50,533 nt of DNA from Candidatus Parcubacteria bacterium (GTDB lineage Bacteria; Patescibacteriota; Minisyncoccia; Phycocordibacterales; UBA5272), in NCBI GenBank assembly GCA_039805745.1, contig JBDLTQ010000014.1, positions 1 to 50,533 of the forward strand, read 5' to 3'. A model generated the notes under the pieces. The model was given only the letters and a program-made list of their open reading frames with translations. It did not search any database and was not told where the DNA came from. Positions 30,729 to 37,716 of this stretch are shown one piece after another. The position numbers and the translations under genes are program-made. How positions within the stretch are numbered: position 1 is the stretch's first letter; each line of letters opens with the position of its first letter.

Positions 30729-32456
30729 CTAAACAGATTGCTCTAACTTTTTTTCAATCTCTTTCTCTGTTATCTCAAGTCGTTTTTTGAACTTCTTAAG
30801 TATCGCCTGTTCTTCTTTGGTGAGCTCACGTTTACGCTCTGCTTTTACAAGTACATCATGAAACTCTTCAATATCACGACGAAGCGCTGAAACATTCACC
30901 CTAAGTGTACTCTCTGCTTCTTTTAGGTTACGCTTCACCTTACGACGGAATCGTCTAAACTGAACAAATGAATACCATAATGTTGCGAGCACCATGAGAA
31001 CTGCAATCACAATAATAAGTATCACGGAGAGCCAATTCATGACAAAGATACCGAGACGAAGTAGTACCATTCTTTCAACAACAATAACTTTTGTGTCAGT
31101 ATAGTCACTAATAGAACCACGACCATCCGAAACTCTTGCTCGCATTTCGTATACACCAGAATCAAGACGACTACTCCATACAAGTGTGAATACTCCAGCC
31201 TCATTTGAAGAAGCATGTTCTGTGAAGGTCTTTCCTTCAGCATTTGTAAGCACTACTTCTATTTGTGATTGCGGATATGTTGCACCAACAACCTTAAAAC
31301 GAGTATCAAAATCTACTTTCTTTGTGTACTCAGTAATGACAGGAGGGGCAATAGCCTGAATAGTCACATCAAGAGTTACTGTGCTTACATTTCCAGCATT
31401 ATCAATAGCGCTCACAACAACAGAATGATTACCGGCAGACTGTTTTGGTAAACGATATAAATGAGAAGAATCAACAGGAAACTCTATTGGCTGTCCATTA
31501 TCAATACTAAGAGTAATCTTGTTTACACCTGAAAGAGAATCCTCTGCTTGAACAGAAACGGCAGGTGTCTGATTAGTCGTAACAGCCCCATCTGGGAATG
31601 AAGCCTTGAGTGACTCAGGCGGCTGAGAGTCTACAAGGAATGCGTAGGTTGCTTTACTCCCCCATCCACTCTTGTTTTTAAACTGAACATGCATATAAAA
31701 CGTACCATCACTCTCAACAGTAAAGGAACGATTTGTTACAGGTGGATCATATACCTTAGATGGTGTATCAGATTCTTTTTCGCTATAAATAGTTCGAATA
31801 GCAATCACCCCACTTGGGACTTTCCATTCAAACGATGCATCTTTTCTGCTGTACCATTTTGTGCTATCTGGATGTGTTGGAGAAGTAATAACCGGAACAA
31901 CAGACGCGCTCACCTGAGTAGAGGGAGCGCTCACAGCGTCTTCTTCATTAATATACACAAATGCTGATCCTGTTGTTTTCAAAACATCTGTTGCGTTACC
32001 ATCATTAGCTAGAACTGACCCCTGTTTTATGGCGACACTTACATTGCCTGCCTGTTTAGCTTTAAAAGTAACCGTGACTACTTTTCCTGATGCTTTACTA
32101 TACCCTGGATTAAGAGCAACTCCTTCGAGAGACACCGTTCCTTTTGTATTAGAAAAAGCCGGCTCTTCTGCCCAAAGAGTAATAAAAGAACCACTCTTAG
32201 AGAGGGAGAGTACTTCTAATGCATCAGAAGGAAATGAGAGTGATGCAGATACAGCATTGATAGACTCAATATTATTTGTCACCATAATATCAACAGAAAA
32301 TGTCTTGCCAACTTTTGTAGAAACAGAAGATGGACTAACAATAAGATTAGCAGCGAAAGTTACCTGAAATGCACAAACAACACTTGCAATAAGAATAAGA
32401 AAACGAGTAGGTGGTCTATGTTGTTTGAGAAAGGAAGAAATGATTTCTTTTAGCAT
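30729..32456 (-). CDS. Cohesin-domain surface protein with Ig-like domains, C-terminal TM and cytoplasmic coiled coil
   Basis: Signal peptide. Cohesin-like module LIVSPSSVSTKVGKTFSVDIMV...VTVTFKAKQAGNVSVAI. Ig-like segments (SGVNKITLSIDNG, AIDNAGNVSTVTLDV). TM WLSVILIIVIAVLMVLATLWY. K/E-rich tail. Confidence 0.7.
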   Translation of the reverse strand: MLKEIISSFLKQHRPPTRFLILIASVVCAFQVTFAANLIVSPSSVSTKVGKTFSVDIMVTNNIESINAVSASLSFPSDALEVLSLSKSGSFITLWAEEPAFSNTKGTVSLEGVALNPGYSKASGKVVTVTFKAKQAGNVSVAIKQGSVLANDGNATDVLKTTGSAFVYINEEDAVSAPSTQVSASVVPVITSPTHPDSTKWYSRKDASFEWKVPSGVIAIRTIYSEKESDTPSKVYDPPVTNRSFTVESDGTFYMHVQFKNKSGWGSKATYAFLVDSQPPESLKASFPDGAVTTNQTPAVSVQAEDSLSGVNKITLSIDNGQPIEFPVDSSHLYRLPKQSAGNHSVVVSAIDNAGNVSTVTLDVTIQAIAPPVITEYTKKVDFDTRFKVVGATYPQSQIEVVLTNAEGKTFTEHASSNEAGVFTLVWSSRLDSGVYEMRARVSDGRGSISDYTDTKVIVVERMVLLRLGIFVMNWLSVILIIVIAVLMVLATLWYSFVQFRRFRRKVKRNLKEAESTLRVNVSALRRDIEEFHDVLVKAERKRELTKEEQAILKKFKKRLEITEKEIEKKLEQSV

Positions 32457-33372
32457 AAAGGTACGCCACTACACATATGATGAGTATAGTTATATGTATC
32501 AGTATACGCGATAATAAAGAGATGCGGTGAGAGTTTTCAACAGGTTGAATCGTTTCGATTGCATACGAGTTATTAGCATATACTATTTTAATATGAAGAT
32601 ACTTTGACCTATCTTGATGTATAAGCATGTATGGTGATGAAACAGCTCGCCACTCATACGAAGCAACAGCTTGCGCACTCACCGCATCACTCTCAGCAAC
32701 AAAGATCTGCTCTATTGGACTATATGATTCTTTTTCTGTGACACTAAGATACCACGCATTACGATAAACAAGATCACTTCGTGAGAGAGATATTAATAAA
32801 TTACTACTACTCACCTGTTTCTCTGGGAGAGATGTAAGTGTCGGCCTTATAGGAAGACTCTTCACATCAACACGTTCTACCACCTGAGTAGTAGGAATAG
32901 ATGTCGCCCTCTCATTAAAAGTATTAAGAGTGATTGTATCTATTGTAAGAAGACTCTCACCTCTTTTTTTAGGAATAAGAATAAGAGAAAAAGCTTTACC
33001 ATCTTTTACACCGTCATAATACGCACTACGCACTCCACTAAAACCACCAGCAAAAATACCTTCAAACGTCACATGTGTCCTGTTATCAAGATATCGCTCA
33101 TCAGAAACATGAGGATACACAACCCATGGAGTAACAACACTACCACTTGTAGTTATTGTATAAACATCAAACATATCACTCTGGAATGAAAAATCACCAG
33201 CTACACCACTTAACGGTACCCCTTCTGGAGCAATGAACACATCGACAACAAAGGGTTGTCCGTCTTTTGGTATCCCTTGTGAAAAAACAAGACGTAGGGA
33301 AGCTGCAGACACTTGTAATGTAGCAACACTAATAGTAGAAACTATAATAATAGTACGTAAAAAATATCTCAT
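32416..33372 (-). CDS. Cohesin-like surface protein with C-terminal TM anchor
   Basis: Signal peptide ending VSA-AS. LRLVFSQGIPKDGQPFVVDVFIAPEG...GDFSFQSDMFDV is cohesin-like. C-terminal TM ILIHITILIICVVAYLY. Confidence 0.6.
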   Translation of the reverse strand: MRYFLRTIIIVSTISVATLQVSAASLRLVFSQGIPKDGQPFVVDVFIAPEGVPLSGVAGDFSFQSDMFDVYTITTSGSVVTPWVVYPHVSDERYLDNRTHVTFEGIFAGGFSGVRSAYYDGVKDGKAFSLILIPKKRGESLLTIDTITLNTFNERATSIPTTQVVERVDVKSLPIRPTLTSLPEKQVSSSNLLISLSRSDLVYRNAWYLSVTEKESYSPIEQIFVAESDAVSAQAVASYEWRAVSSPYMLIHQDRSKYLHIKIVYANNSYAIETIQPVENSHRISLLSRILIHITILIICVVAYLYAKRNHFFLSQTT

Positions 33373-33376
33373 ATAG

Positions 33377-34360
33377 TTATCCAGTCCAGCAATATGCCAA
33401 AATACTAAGGTCTGTTAAATTAATTTTCCCGTCAGAACTAAGATCAACCTTTACAGGAAAACCGAGCCGTTTATACCAAAAGGCCATAATACTAAAATCA
33501 AGAATATTCACCCTGTTGTCATTATTTAAATCACAACGTTTTCTAAAACCAGCTAATTCTTTTGTTTGTGTTCTAATCCTATCAGTATCGCCCACTCGAA
33601 ATGGTACGGTTTGAGAATAGGGAGAAAGGTCATCTACAGTAAGTGATCTAGCTTTACCGTCATGATCACCAAGTTCAAGCTCACTTGAATCAAGTTTATA
33701 CAACCACGACCCTTGTGAATTGGCTTTTGTTTTTTTGAGAAGTTCTGTATCTGAATGAAATGAAAGCCTCACTTCAGCATCAGGACTTGATCTTCCAAGA
33801 AAAGTAATAATCTCTCCACGCTTTACTTCTACTTTATCAGAAGTAATAGTTGGTGGAATAAAAATACCATCAACTATTGTTGTCACACCAGAAGTGACAT
33901 AGATCGTAAATGTAAGCAGCTTTGAAGTACGTCGTTCTGTATCTTCTGCCCTCACCCCAAAACTATAGGTACCTTGTGTAAGATTACGAAGGCGTATTTC
34001 GAAAGTTCCATTTGGACTCGCAGGCATTTCAGCAACAATACTGCCGTTTTTAAGAAGAGAAATAACACTTCCCGGATAAGCTAATCCTTTAAACACTGCA
34101 ACATCTGTTGTGTCTATAGTAATAGGTGCAATCGGACTTGTTGGTGGAATAGGTGGTGTATCAGGGTACACAATAGGAGGCTGAGGAACAACAGCTGATA
34201 TAGATATATCAACAGTAAGAGGGTTCGTTGTAGTTACTTGCGCAAAAAGAAAGTAATACGGAAAAGAAAACAGTACAAAAAAAAGAAAAAATCTTTGTAT
34301 TATTTTTTTTAAAGACACTCCTACTCTTTTGCCGCTGCTCGCGCTTGCTTGATAATCCAT
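33377..34360 (-). CDS. Dockerin-containing exported protein with two Ig/CarboxypepD_reg-like domains
   Basis: Two EF-hand-like dockerin segments at the C-terminus, DLNNDNRVNILD and DLSSDGKINLTD (33380..33535). The ATG at 34360 overlaps the upstream gene by 40 nt. A GTG at about 34315 (SLKKIIQRFFLFF...) would remove the overlap. Confidence 0.75.
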   Translation of the reverse strand: MDYQASASSGKRVGVSLKKIIQRFFLFFVLFSFPYYFLFAQVTTTNPLTVDISISAVVPQPPIVYPDTPPIPPTSPIAPITIDTTDVAVFKGLAYPGSVISLLKNGSIVAEMPASPNGTFEIRLRNLTQGTYSFGVRAEDTERRTSKLLTFTIYVTSGVTTIVDGIFIPPTITSDKVEVKRGEIITFLGRSSPDAEVRLSFHSDTELLKKTKANSQGSWLYKLDSSELELGDHDGKARSLTVDDLSPYSQTVPFRVGDTDRIRTQTKELAGFRKRCDLNNDNRVNILDFSIMAFWYKRLGFPVKVDLSSDGKINLTDLSILAYCWTG

Positions 34361-35298
34361 CGGTTATATCGCTTAACGAGAATCATGAGAAGAACAATAA
34401 CAAGAAGCACCGCAACAAGTACGACTGTTATTAAGTGCCATGGGAAGATAAAATACGTAAGAGAAGCATTCGCTGTCCCAGAATTACCAAATGTAAGTCC
34501 AAGATCTGCAGTGTACATACCAAGAGCAAAATGCTTCATTTGAAATTTAACATGATCAAAAAATGGAGCAGAGACAGCTGGCGCATCTACATCTCCTAGA
34601 CGAAATTCAAATTTGCGAGTACTTCCTGGGAGAACATTTCCTTGTGATGGGTTTGCATTAATATTTGCAACATCACCACCAAACATATTAGTAATCACAA
34701 CACTACCTTCTGGCTTCGCTCTATCGTTACCTGTGTTATTAAATTTATATACAAAATCAACAGGAAGACTAGTGAAAACTTTATCTCCATCCTTAGTAGC
34801 AAAAGACGAAAGTCCTCCGCTTTCTTTGATATCTCCAGTTACACGAAGAAGGATAAGCATACCAATCTTTGAACCAACAGAGACTTGCCCTTCTTCAGCA
34901 GATGGAGGAACTGTTGAGAGAAAGATAGCTGCAAAATGCCCGCCTGATTCAGCTTCTTGTGGAATAGTCACCGTATATGGTACCGCAAGACGCTCCCCCT
35001 TTTTAATTACCACCTTTTCTGCAATAGTTACCCATGTAGAAAGCCCTTCTTGTGCTTGAATAAAGTTCGGGGTACCTGTTTCCCCTTGCGCGTCAAAAGC
35101 TTCAACAGAAGTATACAAGACTTGATCTGTATCTTGCTCATTAATAACAGTGAATGTTTTTGTGATGGTCTCACCTTTGTCACCCGTTAATTCTTCACGA
35201 GCAGGAGATACCGTGAGAGCAAAGGCACTCTGCACACTAAGCGCAGTAACAAGAAGTGAGGCAGATGCTATTTTTTTTACTATAGATGTAGCTGTCAT
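34321..35298 (-). CDS. DUF916/DUF3324-like cell-surface protein with C-terminal TM anchor
   Basis: Signal peptide (..SAFA-LTVSP), two beta-rich halves (..GGHFAAIFLS.. and ..NVLPGSTRKFEF..), C-terminal TM ITVVLVAVLLVIVLLMILV followed by KRYNRW. Same architecture as CscA/DufA proteins of WxL loci. Confidence 0.55.
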   Translation of the reverse strand: MTATSIVKKIASASLLVTALSVQSAFALTVSPAREELTGDKGETITKTFTVINEQDTDQVLYTSVEAFDAQGETGTPNFIQAQEGLSTWVTIAEKVVIKKGERLAVPYTVTIPQEAESGGHFAAIFLSTVPPSAEEGQVSVGSKIGMLILLRVTGDIKESGGLSSFATKDGDKVFTSLPVDFVYKFNNTGNDRAKPEGSVVITNMFGGDVANINANPSQGNVLPGSTRKFEFRLGDVDAPAVSAPFFDHVKFQMKHFALGMYTADLGLTFGNSGTANASLTYFIFPWHLITVVLVAVLLVIVLLMILVKRYNRWIIKQARAAAKE

Positions 35299-35319
35299 GA
35301 ATGATTCGTTATTAAATTA

Positions 35320-36441
35320 CTAGAAGTTAGCCGTTGCTACATACACGAGACTTGCGGCATATGTACCAGCTTCTGTAATAGCTGAAATGTTGGCAAGATA
35401 ACGAAGAGAGAGAGTTGATGTGAGTGTTGCTCCCGACCCTGTAGCAAAAAGAGCTGATGTTGTAGCTGTGCCATCATATCCATACGATGTAGCACCTGAA
35501 AATGTCTGATCTACAGTCACACCAGTACCGCCAGTTTCTGTAGCACGAATACCGAACTGCTCAGTTCCTGCAGTAGATGAGGCGTACGATGCACCAATAT
35601 AAGAAATTGTATTCGCCGAATTCTGTTGTGATGTAAGAGTCTGTCCACGAACTGTAAGTGCGAATCCAGATGGCGCATTAGTGGATACTCCAAGTGTGTG
35701 TGCGATTGTTTCTGTTGTATCTCCTGAAGTATTGGTAGATGAAGCAAACTTAGCTGCGCCTGATCCTAGGTTTCCAAAATAGATAGTAGATGTAGAGATA
35801 GTAAAGGTGAGAGATTGAGGAACAGTTCCTGTCATAGCAACAGTGTCATCGTTAATGATTGTTGTGGTGATAGACCCTGTGTCAGTAAAACTACCAGCTA
35901 CGAGAATCTCGTAGCTCCCTGGTGTCGCTGGGTTGGTGATTTGTGATACACCTGTTGCTCCAGAGGTAGCATTAGAACCTATTTCGATCTGTATACAACG
36001 GTTAGCTGGAATAACTGCTGTACCTGAAGTGATGGTAATAGTCTGAGATCCTTGAGCAACTCCCCATGTGAGTCCTGATGCTGATGAGGAAACAAGAGCG
36101 TCAGTAAATCCTGAACAAGTAGCAGAAGTACTTGTCGCAAGGTCTATATTATTCACATTAAAGCTTCCCATAGTATACCCTGCAGGAAAAGTAAGGGTAA
36201 TATTCTGTCCGGCTGCAACACCTGTTGGTGTAACAAACTGAATAGTGTGATCAGAGAGGGTGTTTATCTTTACTGATGACTGAGAATCTGAAAGAGATGA
36301 CAGCGCTGCTGCATGAACTATCTCAACATGAGTGATAGACACACCGAGAACAACCGCAAAAATAGTGAGAGCGCTCACACAAGAGGATATAAAATTTTTC
36401 TTCAACATAACAAAATAAATTACTACTAAAATACAGGTCAT
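35320..36441 (-). CDS. Exported protein, paralog 1, with Trp-less WxL-like C-terminal domain
   Basis: Signal peptide ..VEIVHA-AALSS. Shares roughly three quarters of residues (by eye) with the next gene. C-terminal about 160 aa shared with the 1091-aa protein; ends YVATANF. An alternative ATG at 36408 aligns with the paralog start. Confidence 0.85.
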   Translation of the reverse strand: MTCILVVIYFVMLKKNFISSCVSALTIFAVVLGVSITHVEIVHAAALSSLSDSQSSVKINTLSDHTIQFVTPTGVAAGQNITLTFPAGYTMGSFNVNNIDLATSTSATCSGFTDALVSSSASGLTWGVAQGSQTITITSGTAVIPANRCIQIEIGSNATSGATGVSQITNPATPGSYEILVAGSFTDTGSITTTIINDDTVAMTGTVPQSLTFTISTSTIYFGNLGSGAAKFASSTNTSGDTTETIAHTLGVSTNAPSGFALTVRGQTLTSQQNSANTISYIGASYASSTAGTEQFGIRATETGGTGVTVDQTFSGATSYGYDGTATTSALFATGSGATLTSTLSLRYLANISAITEAGTYAASLVYVATANF

Positions 36442-36462
36442 GATCTCTACATCATTGTCTGT

Positions 36463-36513
36463 ACCTATAAGTGTACCATTTTAAGGTAAATATGCAGGAA
36501 AAAGTGTGGATAA
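36463..36513 (-). promoter_or_regulatory. Candidate promoter/operator: TTATCCACA ... TATAGGTA
   Basis: Minus strand reads TTATCCACACTTTTTCC..(36 nt)..ATAGGT, 22 nt before the ATG at 36441. Confidence 0.4.
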
Positions 36514-36530
36514 GATACACAATAAACAAA

Positions 36531-37616
36531 TCAGTAGTTAGCGGCGGCAACATAAACAACACTTGCTACATACGTACCAGCTTCTGTTGTACCTCCGATG
36601 TTAGCAACATATCTAATAGAATACGTTGAAGTATTAGTTGCGCCAGACCCCGTTGCGAACACAGCAGATGTTGTAGCGGTTGCGTCATATCCATAAGATG
36701 TTGCAGCGCTATATGTTGCATCGACAGTAGCCCCTGTTCCACCAGATACTGTAGCACGAATACCGAACTGCTCAGTTCCTGGAGTAGATGACGCCGCGGA
36801 AGAACCCATCGCAGTAATAGTATTAGAAGAACTCTGTTGTGATGTAAGAGTCTGCCCACGAACTGTAAGTGTGTATCCAGTAGAAGCATTAGTAGACACA
36901 CCGAGCGTATGAGCAATTGTTTCTGTTGCGTCCCCTGAAGTATTGGTAGATGAAGCAAACTTAGCAGCACCTGATCCTAGGTTTCCAAAATAGATAGTGG
37001 TGGTAGAAATAGTAAAAGTAATAGACTGCTGTACCGTAGCACTAATCACAACCGTATCGTCTGTAATAATATTCTGTGTAATACTCCCAGAATCAGGACC
37101 AGCAATAACAGTGATTGCGTATGATCCTGGTGTCGTTGGGTTGGTAATCTGTGTAGCCCCGTTTGCTGATGATGTTGCGTTAGAACCAATCTGAATCTGC
37201 ACACAACGGTTGGCAGGAATAACGGCAGTACCTGATGTGATATACACCGTCGCCGTCGCTTGAGTAACACCCCATGTGAGTCCAGATGCCGCACCTGACT
37301 GAATAAGTGCATCAGTAAAACCAGAACACGTAGCGGATGTGGATGTAGCAAGATCGAAGTTAGCAATAGCAAAAGTTCCCGTTGCGTAGTTAGATGGAAA
37401 AGTAATACTAATTCCTTGACCAGCAGAAAGACCTGTTGGTGTCACGAACTGAACAGTATGATCAGAGAGGGTGCTTACTTTTACTGATGACTGAGTATCT
37501 GAAAGACTAGAAAGTGCAGCAGCAAAAACAATCTCGACATGAACAATCGAGACACCAAGAACAATGCTTATAACGGTAAGCCAACTGACACACCACTTAA
37601 AGGAATTACTTTTCAT
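36531..37616 (-). CDS. Exported protein, paralog 2, with Trp-less WxL-like C-terminal domain
   Basis: Signal peptide ..VEIVFA-AALSS. Two conserved Cys (ATCSGFTD, PANRCVQI). Ends YVAAANY. Confidence 0.85.
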   Translation of the reverse strand: MKSNSFKWCVSWLTVISIVLGVSIVHVEIVFAAALSSLSDTQSSVKVSTLSDHTVQFVTPTGLSAGQGISITFPSNYATGTFAIANFDLATSTSATCSGFTDALIQSGAASGLTWGVTQATATVYITSGTAVIPANRCVQIQIGSNATSSANGATQITNPTTPGSYAITVIAGPDSGSITQNIITDDTVVISATVQQSITFTISTTTIYFGNLGSGAAKFASSTNTSGDATETIAHTLGVSTNASTGYTLTVRGQTLTSQQSSSNTITAMGSSAASSTPGTEQFGIRATVSGGTGATVDATYSAATSYGYDATATTSAVFATGSGATNTSTYSIRYVANIGGTTEAGTYVASVVYVAAANY

Positions 37617-37634
37617 AGACGGATTGCACGATAC

Positions 37635-37687
37635 ACCTATTCATAGTCTAAGCATACCACGCAAACGAAAAGGCGTAGAGTGGATAA
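37635..37687 (-). promoter_or_regulatory. Candidate promoter/operator: TTATCCACT ... AATAGGTG
   Basis: Minus strand reads TTATCCACTCTACGCC..(38 nt)..ATAGGT, 19 nt before the ATG at 37616. A possible TTGCGT -35 lies about 18 nt upstream of ATAGGT. Confidence 0.35.
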
Positions 37688-37716
37688 TCTACAGTACTTC
37701 TACAAGAAAGAACTCT

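Noticed and set aside
34613-35059. 148-aa plus-strand ORF, and similar antisense ORFs at 18111..18503, 41588..42160 and 49784..50059
   Set aside because: All lie inside longer, motif-bearing genes on the other strand. None has a start-site context or recognisable domains.
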